A stretch of 37,394 bases of DNA from Planctomycetota bacterium. GTDB taxonomy: Bacteria > Planctomycetota > Planctomycetia > Pirellulales > Lacipirellulaceae. The notes beneath the pieces are model-generated. The model ran no database searches. It was given only the letters and a program-made list of their open reading frames with translations, and was not told where the DNA came from. The position numbers and the translations under genes are program-made. Within the stretch, counting starts at the first letter, position 1; each line of letters opens with the position of its first letter. The stretch covers positions 1-37,394 of the forward strand of contig JBCCXZ010000037.1 of NCBI GenBank assembly GCA_039190745.1, written 5' to 3'. Positions 1-9,181 of the stretch are shown one piece after another.

Positions 1-178
1 CTTCGGTCGTGCCGCTGCCGGCTTCCTCTTCTTCTTCGGCCGAGCCGCTGCCCTCTTCGGTCGCGGTTTCAGCCGGGGGGGCTTCGCCGCCGTCAGCCGG
101 GGCCGCGTCGCCGCCGCCGCAACCAACCGTCGAAACGCACAACAGCAACGCAAAACTCAGGGCGAGGTAACACTTCAT
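1..178 (-). CDS. Small acidic lipoprotein, 3' end runs off the window (partial)
   Basis: Read manually: ATG at 178 preceded by GGAGG; MKCYLALSFALLLCVSTVGC|GGGDAAPADGGEAPPAETATEEGSGSAEEEEE, with a hydrophobic signal, lipobox-like TVGC and an acidic low-complexity tail. Confidence 0.75.
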   Translation of the reverse strand, partial: MKCYLALSFALLLCVSTVGCGGGDAAPADGGEAPPAETATEEGSGSAEEEEEAGSGTTE

Positions 179-546
179 CTTAAGGCCTCCGCATCTTCTC
201 TAAGGGCATGAATGGGTGAGTCCGCCTAGGGGCCAAGCAGTGTTGGCCACTCTCACTGCGCAGCCTAACCGTGCCGGTAAGCGGCCGCAATGACCGTTCG
301 GCGATGAGGATAGAACACCGCGAACACGCGCCCGCAAAGTCGTCGTAAGCCATCCCGCCCGTACCCTCGGCTCCGGCCGGAGCCGTTATGGCCGTTACGA
401 CTAATCCATGTGTCGCGGCCGAGTCGAAGTAGCCTCTGTTGAGGCAGACCGTCCACAAGCCGGTCGCGTACCCCCCCGACGTTCTGTTAGCCGGACAACG
501 ACCCGGTTGCCGGACCACGAACTTCCCGGACCCCGCAGGCCTGGAA

Positions 547-921
547 ATGAAACTCCTGCTGAAGACCGCGTGCTCGACCGTCGCCATCGCCACATTTGCC
601 GGCATGCTTACGCTCGGTTCCTCCGCCCAAGCCCAAGAACGCGCCGCAGACTCCCCCACCGGGGAGCGCAGCGAGTCTTGGTACTACGGCTCGACCCAGC
701 CGGCACAGACCTACACCGTCGCTCAGCAGAAGGCGATGGCCCGGGCCGCGGCCCGCACCGCCCGGCTCGAGTCGTCGCGGTGGTACGGCTTCCACCACGC
801 ACGCCCCACCGCGACCGCGATGGCCTTCACCTCGATGTACAGTCCGGCGTGGCAGATGCCCGGCGCCCGGCCCTTCGCCTGGTACCACGGCAACCGCGGC
901 CCGGTGGTGATCGTCCGCTAA
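547..921 (+). CDS. Secreted hypothetical protein
   Basis: ATG at 547 inside ORF 439..921 gives a Sec signal (MKLLLKTACSTVAIATFAGMLTLGSSAQA|QE); high-GC3 codon usage. Confidence 0.7.
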   Translation: MKLLLKTACSTVAIATFAGMLTLGSSAQAQERAADSPTGERSESWYYGSTQPAQTYTVAQQKAMARAAARTARLESSRWYGFHHARPTATAMAFTSMYSPAWQMPGARPFAWYHGNRGPVVIVR

Positions 922-971
922 ACAGCCTCGCGGGAGACGTGCCCGCGGCCGCGGAGGCCAGGGAAGGCTCG

Positions 972-1316
972 TCAGCGGCGCGGACGCGGCCGAGTGCGCA
1001 CGGCCCGGCACGCGGCCAGAAGCTGCGGCAAGTGCCGCGGTTGGCCTGAGTACGCCCTGTGCGGCGACTGCAATTCTTCCACCACGTGCCGCGCGTGACG
1101 CACGATCTCCGCATTGCCGTGGTCCGGCTGCAGGTCCGCCAACTCCGCGGTTGCCTCGGCGATGCCGCTCCAGTCCCGCATCGCCGATGCGGCAATCAGC
1201 CGCTCGATGCCGTCGAGCATCGAATCGACCACAGACTCCGCACGACGCGCCTGCACGCTGAGCAACGCGTGCATCTGCGATAGCCTCGCCATCGAGGGGT
1301 AGTCGGTCGTGTCCAT
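972..1316 (-). CDS. Hypothetical helical protein (114 aa)
   Basis: Amphipathic-helix composition; GAGGTG RBS upstream of ATG; co-oriented with the 1380..1718 gene. Confidence 0.65.
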   Translation of the reverse strand: MDTTDYPSMARLSQMHALLSVQARRAESVVDSMLDGIERLIAASAMRDWSGIAEATAELADLQPDHGNAEIVRHARHVVEELQSPHRAYSGQPRHLPQLLAACRAVRTRPRPRR

Positions 1317-1379
1317 GGCAGCACCTCACGCCGTACGCGGGCGACGAACAGTAGTAAGCGACACGTCGCAGAAACGGCC

Positions 1380-1718
1380 TCAGGCCGCCGCGCGGAGGGT
1401 CAGGCTACCGACCCGCTCACGCTCCATGATCCGCATCACTACAGGCACCAGTCGCTCAGTGGCGTCCCGGCGGACTGTGGACTCGAGCGAGGGGTGCACC
1501 CCGGCGTGCTTCACGGCCAGCCGAGCCTGCCGGCGGACGACCAGCCCGGCGCGGGCCCGGATGTAGCCGCGTGTCTCGGAGAGGCCCATCCCGCGGGCGG
1601 AGTCAGAAACCCGGGAGCAGACCGATTCGACGCTGGCGTCGGCGACCTGGCGCACGACCGATTCGACGAGCCCGGCCTGCATCACGGGGGCAAGCAGGCC
1701 TTGGAGTTTCTGGAGCAT
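1380..1718 (-). CDS. Hypothetical protein (112 aa)
   Basis: ATG at 1718 (MLQKLQGLLAPV...) with AAGGAA upstream; the upstream extension of ORF 1380..1976 looks non-coding; ends ...LRAAA. Confidence 0.65.
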   Translation of the reverse strand: MLQKLQGLLAPVMQAGLVESVVRQVADASVESVCSRVSDSARGMGLSETRGYIRARAGLVVRRQARLAVKHAGVHPSLESTVRRDATERLVPVVMRIMERERVGSLTLRAAA

Positions 1719-1987
1719 GGCGATGGCGTTCCTTGACGACGGTCGGGGAGATCCATTCTGCGGCGATGCGTGGGGCGGCCCACGCATGCGTCTGTTCAAG
1801 AATCGAGCCGTCGCCGACCCCGTCTCCACGCGATTAAGGTTGGCGTCGGCGACCCAATCATCCGATAATGGCTTTGCAGGCCGGCGAACGCACGCGACCG
1901 GCACAAGGGACGCAGCCGCACCACCGGGGCCCGCCGCCTTAAACTCCTCAGTCGGCGCCCTCAGCGTGACCTGCAAACCGGATGCAC

Positions 1988-2016
1988 TTGACCGAGATTC
2001 TCAAACCCCGTAATTT
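1988..2016 (+). promoter_or_regulatory. Putative sigma70 promoter for tRNA-Cys
   Basis: TTGACC(1988-1993)-17 nt-TAATTT(2011-2016); an alternative extended -10 TGcTATCGT lies at 2039-2047. Confidence 0.4.
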
Positions 2017-2062
2017 TCCAGTAGTCGACTGCGGGCAATGCTATCGTCCACAGACGACTCCC

Positions 2063-2134
2063 GGCGCCGTGGCCAAGTGGCTAAGGCATCGGATTGCAAA
2101 TCCGACATCGGCGGTTCGAATCCGCCCGGCGCCT
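2063..2134 (+). tRNA. tRNA-Cys (anticodon GCA), CCA not encoded
   Basis: Acceptor stem GGCGCCG/CGGCGCC; D-arm GGCCAAGTGGCTAAGGC; anticodon arm TCGGA-TTGCAAA-TCCGA; T-arm GGCGG-TTCGAAT-CCGCC; discriminator U as in tRNA-Cys. Confidence 0.97.
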
Positions 2135-2141
2135 CTCACCT

Positions 2142-2180
2142 AAGCCCCGCTGGCAACACTGCTTGCGGGGCTTTTCTATT
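2142..2180 (+). terminator. Rho-independent terminator after tRNA-Cys, possibly also serving the convergent MFS gene
   Basis: AAGCCCCGC/GCGGGGCTT stem followed by TTCTATT. Confidence 0.75.
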
Positions 2181-2217
2181 CTATGCGCGGCAGCCAGCTT
2201 GCCCGCAGGCGATCCGC

Positions 2218-3513
2218 CTACGAGTCCTCGAGGGTTCTCTGCGGGGCCTCCGCCTCGCCTCGGAGCGAAGGCTTCAACAGCAAGAAGGCCAACGCCGCGG
2301 CGGCGAGGCTGATTCCACCGAAAGCCGACCAGAAAGTCGTCCAGTCGTAGGGGGCGGGCGAGACCCCTTCCGGCGTAAGCAGACGTTCTTGCAACGCCCC
2401 GACGACCGCGGCCCCCGCGAGGTTGGCAAAGCCGAACATCACGCTGTAGTAAAGACCATGGATCGAACCACGCAGCTCCGGTTGCACGATCCGATCGATG
2501 TACATCGGACCTGTTACGAAGACCCAAGCGAAGCACGGCCCGTGCAGGAGGATCGCCAAGATCGCCGTCGAATCCGTCCCGAACAAGGAGGTAGCCGCAA
2601 AGCAGAAATACCGTAATCCCCAAGACACGGCGCCGACGAGAAAGAGGGCCGGCAGCCCGAGCCGCGAGACGAACCACGGCGTCAACGCCAGCAGGGTCAA
2701 TTCCGAGACCTGCCCAAGGGTGAGCAACGCGGCCGGGTTGGGGTAGTCTTCCCAATTCAGGAACGCATTCGCAAAGTTGTTGTACGCCATGGTCGGCACC
2801 GCGATCAGGAAACTAATCGTCAGGAACACAACCAGCGGGCGATTGCCCTTCCCAACGGCGGCCAGCGCGTCCCGCAAAGAGGCTTGGCCGGAGTTCGCAG
2901 CCGGGGCGGTCTGAGGAAGCGTTAGGCAAAACAGCGCTGTGCTTAGGCAAGACACCGCTCCGATCGCGAACGGCATCGGCGTGTCCTCGATCGATTCCCC
3001 GGTCATGCCGGGCCAGGCCAAGCCGACAAACAGGCCGGCCGTAATCCATCCCAATGCTGCACAGACACGAAGGATTGGGAATTCCGACTCCGGGTTTTTC
3101 AAGTGGCGGAAACTGATGCTGTTGTTCAGCGAAGCCGCCGGCACGAAGCAGTGGAAGAATCCTAGCAGGCACAAGAAGAACGTCGTTTGGCTCGTGCACA
3201 CAAACATGCCGTAACTAGCCGCGGCGCACCCCAGGTTCATGATCGCCAGGACGTACTGGGCCGAGAGCCGGCGGTCGCTGATCGCGCCCACCAGCACCGG
3301 GGCAATCAGACCGCCGACGGCCCCGGCGGCGGCGCTGTAGCCGGCAAAACCTGCCGAGAAAGTGCCACGTCCCGCCTCGCCGGTGTTGGCGGTGATGAAC
3401 GTGCCAATGGTCATCGCCCAGGTCCCGAGCGTCCACGACTGCAGGAACATCATCGCCGAGAGTTGCGCCAGCACGCGGCGAGAAGAGCGGGGGCGTTCCG
3501 GCGCGGCTTGCAT
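2218..3513 (-). CDS. MFS transporter, nucleoside:H+ symporter (NupG/XapB/YegT-like)
   Basis: LSAMMFLQ..., AISDRRLSAQ, FPILRVCAALGWI and LTLGQVSEL motifs; about 12 TM segments; start set at MQAAPERP (3513). Confidence 0.85.
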   Translation of the reverse strand: MQAAPERPRSSRRVLAQLSAMMFLQSWTLGTWAMTIGTFITANTGEAGRGTFSAGFAGYSAAAGAVGGLIAPVLVGAISDRRLSAQYVLAIMNLGCAAASYGMFVCTSQTTFFLCLLGFFHCFVPAASLNNSISFRHLKNPESEFPILRVCAALGWITAGLFVGLAWPGMTGESIEDTPMPFAIGAVSCLSTALFCLTLPQTAPAANSGQASLRDALAAVGKGNRPLVVFLTISFLIAVPTMAYNNFANAFLNWEDYPNPAALLTLGQVSELTLLALTPWFVSRLGLPALFLVGAVSWGLRYFCFAATSLFGTDSTAILAILLHGPCFAWVFVTGPMYIDRIVQPELRGSIHGLYYSVMFGFANLAGAAVVGALQERLLTPEGVSPAPYDWTTFWSAFGGISLAAAALAFLLLKPSLRGEAEAPQRTLEDS

Positions 3514-3757
3514 AGCGATCCTACGCGTGCGAGCCTGCCGCACGGCCTCAAGAGCAACGGCCGCAGCGGGCTTTCGATGCCGCGCCGCTGGTACAGCATA
3601 GTTGGCCCAGGATGTCCTTGGAATCCGTGCCGCCCGAACCGACCGCCGGTCAGAAACCCGTGGTCCAGCCTCTGCAATCAAGGGCTTTTTGACGTATGGT
3701 CCCCGTTCTCGAGTGCAAGCCAACGAAGATCAGGCCTCCACACACTCTCCGATTCAC

Positions 3758-3786
3758 CTGAAAACACCCCAGCAGCCAGCCGATCA
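3758..3786 (+). promoter_or_regulatory. Candidate sigma28 (FliA)-type promoter for the HD-GYP/PilZ/CBS operon
   Basis: (CT)GAAA-15 nt-GCCGATCA versus consensus TAAA-N15-GCCGATAA. Confidence 0.35.
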
Positions 3787-3924
3787 GTCACAACTGACGC
3801 GACCCGCACCAGCGACAGGTGGTTTTCCGAACCGCACCGCGAGAGCCCGTTCAGCGGGCGACTCTTGTGCAGCAGAGACCTAGGCTTTGGTCTCGGGGCC
3901 CGACGAGCACGGTCTATTGAGACC

Positions 3925-5010
3925 ATGCCCGCCGTGTCCAGTACATCAAGCCTTGGCCGTGGCTATCGAGCAACGCGGATGATCGCACTGAATCGGAACA
4001 CCGGCGGAGCCGCGTCCGACTCCTACGTCCGCCTGCCGTTGAGCGCTTTCCGCGTCGATCTCGTCAGCAAGGCCGACCTCTACTACGAGCCGACCGCAGA
4101 GGAGCTGCAAGACGCCCAAGCGGCAACCGCCTCCGGCTCGCCACGCCGACCGAAGATGCGGCTCTACCGCGCGGCCGACTACCCCGTCACCAAAGAAGAC
4201 ATCCAGAGACTCATCGACCGCGGGCACAAGGCGCTCTACGTCTCCGCCGTCGACCACGCCGCGGTCGGCAAGCAGCTCTTCGACAACCTGGAAGACCTCA
4301 TCAAGGACGAGAGCAGGCCCCCGGTCGAGCGTTTCGGCGTTATGCAGGCCGCGGTTGCTCTTGAAGTCGACGTCGCTTTCCGCCTCATCAAGCCCTCTCG
4401 CTTCGTCTCGCTGAGCACGCAAATCGCCGACCACATTACCACGCTCATGGGCGACAGCGACCTCGTCCCGCAGAGTCTGTTCGACGTGGTGCAGCACGAC
4501 TACTACACCTTTACGCACGTGACCAACTCGGCCGGCTACGCCGTGCTGCTCGCCGAGAAACTCGGCGTCTCCGACCCCGGCGTGCGGAAGCGGATCGCGG
4601 CGGGGGCGCTCCTGCACGACATCGGCAAACGCTTCATCCCCACCAAAATCCTCTGCAAGCCGGGCAGGCTCACGCCCGAAGAGCGCGAGTTAATCGAGTT
4701 GCACCCTCAGGCCGGCTACCTCGACCTGAAGAACAACTCGGAGCTGGACCAGGCCCAACTCATGATGGTTTACCAGCACCACGAACGGCTCGACGGCACC
4801 GGCTACCCCGTGAAGGTGCTCGGCGACGAGATCCACGATTGGGCGCGCATGCTCGCCGTCGTCGACGTGTTCGACGCCCTCACGAGCGACCGGCCGTACC
4901 GCAAGCCGATGCCCATCGCCGAGGCGATCGAATTCCTCAACTACTACGCCGGGCGGCACTACGACCCCGAGATGGTCCGCTGCTGGACCTACGCCCTCGA
5001 GAACCGATGA
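3925..5010 (+). CDS. HD-GYP domain c-di-GMP phosphodiesterase
   Basis: YTFTHVTN, LLHDIGK, HHERLDGTGYP, DVFDALTSDRPYRK motifs; start at 3925 or 3979 (ORF 3187..5010 is over-extended). Confidence 0.92.
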   Translation: MPAVSSTSSLGRGYRATRMIALNRNTGGAASDSYVRLPLSAFRVDLVSKADLYYEPTAEELQDAQAATASGSPRRPKMRLYRAADYPVTKEDIQRLIDRGHKALYVSAVDHAAVGKQLFDNLEDLIKDESRPPVERFGVMQAAVALEVDVAFRLIKPSRFVSLSTQIADHITTLMGDSDLVPQSLFDVVQHDYYTFTHVTNSAGYAVLLAEKLGVSDPGVRKRIAAGALLHDIGKRFIPTKILCKPGRLTPEERELIELHPQAGYLDLKNNSELDQAQLMMVYQHHERLDGTGYPVKVLGDEIHDWARMLAVVDVFDALTSDRPYRKPMPIAEAIEFLNYYAGRHYDPEMVRCWTYALENR

Positions 5011-5405
5011 AGCAGCTCGCAGCACAGCCAGAATCAGTCACCAAAGACCAGTGGTCGCTGCTCACCGTGCGCGCCGACCTCCCTTGCAGCCCCGACGAGT
5101 ACTTCGACCAATCGGGGCCCCTAAAGACCGTCAACGACACGCGCAGGCGCTTCCACCGCATCTTCCTCCGCTCCGTCGCGGTTATCTGGAACGGCGAGAC
5201 CGCGCTGGCGGGGTACGCGCGAGACGTTTCCCGCATGGGGGTCGGCATCTACTCGCCCGTGCAGCTCTTCCCAGGAGACATCATCCATCTAGGCCTCCCC
5301 GGGAAGCCGCCCATCTCGCTGGAGATCACCCGCTGCATCCGCCGCCGCGAGCGGTGCTACGAATGCGGCTCCGTCTTCCGCACCGCCACGACCACCAACC
5401 CGTAG
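5007..5405 (+). CDS. PilZ domain protein (c-di-GMP receptor)
   Basis: RRFHR (RxxxR) and DVSRMG (D/NxSxxG); ATGA start/stop overlap with the HD-GYP gene. Confidence 0.85.
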   Translation: MKQLAAQPESVTKDQWSLLTVRADLPCSPDEYFDQSGPLKTVNDTRRRFHRIFLRSVAVIWNGETALAGYARDVSRMGVGIYSPVQLFPGDIIHLGLPGKPPISLEITRCIRRRERCYECGSVFRTATTTNP

Positions 5406-5428
5406 CCGCTCGCACAGGAGCCCAACCC

Positions 5429-5881
5429 ATGCCCACCGCCGCCGATGTCATGAACCGCAGCGTGGTCTCGCTCTCGGCGGAACTCTCCGTCGGCGAAACG
5501 ATCGACATCTTTGTTAACCAGGCCATCAGCGGCGCCCCCGTCGTCGAGGGCGGCAAGGTCGTGGGCGTCGTCTCCGAGCTCGAGCTCTTCGACGTGCTCT
5601 TCGACCCCAGTATCCGCGAAATGAAAATCCGCGACATCATGTCGCTGGATATTGTCGCGGTCGAAGAGTCCGAACCGATCGCGAACCTGGCCCACCTCTT
5701 TGCCGCGAAGCGCGTCCGACGCGTGCCCGTGCTTTACGACGGAGCCGTGGTGGGCGTCGTCTCACGCCGCGACCTGCTGCGGTTCGCCAACAACTACAGC
5801 GAGCAGCTCGACGACCCGATCGCTTCGCTGATGTGCTGCACCGACGAAGACGAGACGCTCTCGACCGCGACGCCCGGCTAA
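5429..5881 (+). CDS. CBS-pair domain protein
   Basis: TAADVMNRSVVS..ISGAPVV..VVGVVSELEL and IRDIMS..VRRVPVL..VVGVVSRRDLLR; AGGAG RBS. Confidence 0.9.
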   Translation: MPTAADVMNRSVVSLSAELSVGETIDIFVNQAISGAPVVEGGKVVGVVSELELFDVLFDPSIREMKIRDIMSLDIVAVEESEPIANLAHLFAAKRVRRVPVLYDGAVVGVVSRRDLLRFANNYSEQLDDPIASLMCCTDEDETLSTATPG

Positions 5882-5906
5882 GCGACCTTAGCGAACCACT
5901 CCGGGC

Positions 5907-7247
5907 CTAAGCGTCCGCCGTCTCCTCTGCAGTCGCTTCGAGGTTGGCTTTCTCGTGGAACCCTAGGACGAACACCACCAGCACCCCCAAGGCGAACCAC
6001 GCGGGCAGCGTCCAATACTCCTTCCACTGGTCCATCGTCTCCGCCAGGAGCGTCGGGTCTACGCCTTCGGGCAGGACGCGGCTGAACATCTTCCCGAAGG
6101 CCGAGAAGAAGCCCGCGTCCGACTCCGGCCGCACGGCCGCGATCGCCTCGGCCAGCTTGCCCTGCGACTGCATCGTCTTCGCAAACTGGTTCTCAGCGAC
6201 CCAGAAACCGATCAGCATCCCGATGCCCTGGGTGAAGAACACCAGCAGGCTCTGGGCCTGCCCGCGGACCTCCTGCGGGGCCTTCTGGTCGGTGTACATG
6301 AAGCCCGTGACGAAGAAGAAGTCGTAGCAGATGCCGTGCAGGATCACGCCCAACAGCAGCATCCAGGTGGTCTGGTCTGGCGCCCCGAACGCGAACAGGA
6401 GGTACCGTACCACCCAAGACGCCATCCCCACAACGATCATCCACTTCACGCCCAGCCGGCTGAAGAAGAACGGGATCAGGAGCATGAAGAAGATCTCGCT
6501 CATCTGCCCGAGCGTCATCGTCGAGGCCACCTGCTCGAACCCGACCTGGTCGAGCAGCTTCGACGTGAAGCTGTAGTAGTACGCCAGCGGGATACAGACC
6601 AGCGTCGAGCAGATGATGAACACCGCAAAGGGGACGCTCTTCATCAGGCTGAAGGCGTCGACCATCAGCAGGCTGTTCATGTCGAGCGGCTTTCCTTTCG
6701 CCGGCGGCGGCGTGTGCGGAAGCGAGAAGCTGTACAGCCCGAACGCCGCCGAGGCCGCGGCGCCCAGCCAGAGGATGTTGATCTTGTCCGACCACCCGAG
6801 CCCGCCGACGATCAAACCCGCCACGATCCACCCGATTGTCCCCCAGACACGGATCGCCGGGAACTTGTTCTGGTCGTCGATGTTGGCGAACGCGATCGAG
6901 TTGCCAAGGCCCAGCGTCGGCATGAAGCAGAGCATGTAGCCCGTCAGCAGCCACACGGCCGTGCCGCCGTCCCCGCTCTCAACCGAACGCGCAACCCCCG
7001 TCATGAGCCCCGCGCCGATCAGCATGAGCACGCCCTGCACAATCTGAGAGGGGAACAACCGGTCGGCGATGAGTCCCAAGAACAGCGGGGCGATGATCGC
7101 CGCGATCGGCGCGCTCCGGTAGGCCTTCCCGATCGAGTCGTCCAGGCCAAACTGCCCCATGCACAGGGCGAGCGTGACGAACCACGCCCCCCACGTGAAG
7201 AACTGCAAGAACATCATCACGGACAAGCGGATCTGGATCGAAGTCAC
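5907..7247 (-). CDS. MFS transporter, nucleoside:H+ symporter (NupG/YegT-like)
   Basis: RLSVMMFLQFFTWGAW, LIADRLF, FPAIRVWGTIGWI, MTLGQMSEIFFM, LHGICYDFFFVTG, RGQAQSL motifs; GTG start. Confidence 0.93.
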   Translation of the reverse strand: MTSIQIRLSVMMFLQFFTWGAWFVTLALCMGQFGLDDSIGKAYRSAPIAAIIAPLFLGLIADRLFPSQIVQGVLMLIGAGLMTGVARSVESGDGGTAVWLLTGYMLCFMPTLGLGNSIAFANIDDQNKFPAIRVWGTIGWIVAGLIVGGLGWSDKINILWLGAAASAAFGLYSFSLPHTPPPAKGKPLDMNSLLMVDAFSLMKSVPFAVFIICSTLVCIPLAYYYSFTSKLLDQVGFEQVASTMTLGQMSEIFFMLLIPFFFSRLGVKWMIVVGMASWVVRYLLFAFGAPDQTTWMLLLGVILHGICYDFFFVTGFMYTDQKAPQEVRGQAQSLLVFFTQGIGMLIGFWVAENQFAKTMQSQGKLAEAIAAVRPESDAGFFSAFGKMFSRVLPEGVDPTLLAETMDQWKEYWTLPAWFALGVLVVFVLGFHEKANLEATAEETADA

Positions 7248-7449
7248 GCCGGGGGGCCTCGTGGTTCAGGGCTGGATAGGGAAGTAGAGAGAAGCCTTAG
7301 TGCTGGGAAAGCATGCGGAAGAAAAGACTAGCCACACCGACTCGCCGGCGCCGGAAAGCGCGCGGTCGAGCCATACTGCCGCCGCGGATCGCCCGCGGGC
7401 GTATCAGAACAAAAAACCAATACGGCGGCTAGCCTTACCGAGCCTGCGC

Positions 7450-8853
7450 TCAGACAACGCGTGATTTGCCAGGCGTGGGCACCGGGTAAGCCCCGCTCGC
7501 GTCCGGCATCACCGGCGGGTTCGCCGCGAAGTCGTACACCGACGGCGACAGGTCGACTTCCGAGTTCAACGCATCTTCCCAGCTCACCAGCTTGCCCGAG
7601 TACGTCGCCATCCGGCCCATGATCGCCGTGAGTGTCGACTCGGCGCCGTATTGAGCCTCGTTGTACGGTTTGCCCGCCCGGATCGCGGCGAACAAGTCGT
7701 CGTGCTCCTGCTGGTACGGGTCGATCGGGGCACCCTTGTACTTCCATTTCTTGTCGCCGATCTGCATCTGACCGCGGTGCAATGCCGCGCTGCCGTTGGT
7801 CGCCGCGGCGTACTCGGCAACCTGGCTCCAGCAGCCCGGCTGCTGGCGACACTGGCTCAGCATCGTGCTCCCGTCCGCGTAACGGTACTCGACCGCGTGG
7901 TGGTCGAAGATATGACCCGTACCCTTGCCGGTACGCACCTGACGCCCACCCATGCCGTTGGCCTCCACCGGCGCGGCGTTCTTCACCCAGTTGCTTACGT
8001 CCAGGTTGTGGATGTGCTGCTCGACGATGTGGTCGCCGCTCAGCCAGTTGAAGTAGTACCAGTTGAACACCTGGTACTCCATCTCGGTCGGCGCGTGCCC
8101 CTCGGCACGCTCGAAGTCGCTCCGAGTCCGCACCCAGATGCTGCCGCCGTTCCAGTAGGCACGCGTCAGCAGCACGTCGCCCAAGTCGCCGTTGTGGATC
8201 CGGTCGATTGCCTCGATATACTTCGGGTCGTGATGGCGTTGTAGCCCAACGCCGACCGCGAGACCCTTCTCCGTCGCCTTCTTGCCCGCGGCCATTACGC
8301 GGCGGACGCCAGGCCCGTCGACCGCCAACGGCTTCTCCATAAACACGTGCTTACCCGCTTCGACCGCCGCCTCGATCTCGATGGGCCGGAACGCCGGCGG
8401 CGTGGTCAGCACCACCAAGTCCACCCCGCTGTCAATCGCCTGCTGGTAGGCGTCGAATCCGGCGAACTGCCGCTCTTCCGGCACGTCGATCCGCTCCGCC
8501 ACCGGCACTTCGCCTTTGCCGGCGTCTTCGAGCAGGTCGTTCTGCAACCCTTCCAAGCAAGACCGCACCTTCGAGCCGAAGGCGTCCGCCATCGCCCACA
8601 GCTTGACCTTCCCCGCGGTACGCAACGCCTGCAAAGCGGCGCCCCGCCCACGCGAGCCGCAGCCGATCAACGCGACCTTGATCTCGTCGTCGCCCGAAAC
8701 GTGCACCCCGAGCGCTGGGTTCAAGCCCGTCACAACCGCGGCGCCCGTCAACGCCGCGACCGAAGAGTGCTTCACAAAGTCACGCCGCGTCGTCGCAGCA
8801 CTTTCCGACTCACTCGGGACCGCATTGGCCTGTGGATTTTCATTAAGTGGCAT
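7450..8853 (-). CDS. Tat-exported Gfo/Idh/MocA family oxidoreductase
   Basis: TTRRDFVK twin-arginine motif; VALIGCGSRG Rossmann motif; KHVFMEKP; SGDHIVEQHIHNLD. Confidence 0.92.
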   Translation of the reverse strand: MPLNENPQANAVPSESESAATTRRDFVKHSSVAALTGAAVVTGLNPALGVHVSGDDEIKVALIGCGSRGRGAALQALRTAGKVKLWAMADAFGSKVRSCLEGLQNDLLEDAGKGEVPVAERIDVPEERQFAGFDAYQQAIDSGVDLVVLTTPPAFRPIEIEAAVEAGKHVFMEKPLAVDGPGVRRVMAAGKKATEKGLAVGVGLQRHHDPKYIEAIDRIHNGDLGDVLLTRAYWNGGSIWVRTRSDFERAEGHAPTEMEYQVFNWYYFNWLSGDHIVEQHIHNLDVSNWVKNAAPVEANGMGGRQVRTGKGTGHIFDHHAVEYRYADGSTMLSQCRQQPGCWSQVAEYAAATNGSAALHRGQMQIGDKKWKYKGAPIDPYQQEHDDLFAAIRAGKPYNEAQYGAESTLTAIMGRMATYSGKLVSWEDALNSEVDLSPSVYDFAANPPVMPDASGAYPVPTPGKSRVV

Positions 8854-9181
8854 GGAGAAACCCTTTGTCGTTTGCCTGGGATCGATGTCGGTGCAAATGT
8901 GGCGTCGTGCGGTAAGAACACTCGCAACACGAAACGGTGAAATCAAGAAAAGAGAAAGCCCGGAAGGCGTTCCCAGCCCTCTAGTTCAACAACAGTTTAA
9001 CAGCCGTGAATTGTAGTAGCTACGTCGCGAGGACGTGAATACCGGCGGCACGACCCGATCAACAAGCGGACCCCGCAAACGCTTGGCATTTCCCTTGCGC
9101 GTTGTGCGTTAGGATCCTCACGGGCGAAACGATTCCCTGCAATATGGCTGCGATGAGCCCATCTTTAGGCAACGTTAGGCA

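Noticed and set aside
3187..3924. N-terminal ~245 aa of the 607-aa ORF as a sensor domain of the HD-GYP protein
   Set aside because: It overlaps the opposite-strand MFS gene and the promoter spacer, and has Arg/Ser/Pro-rich non-coding composition.
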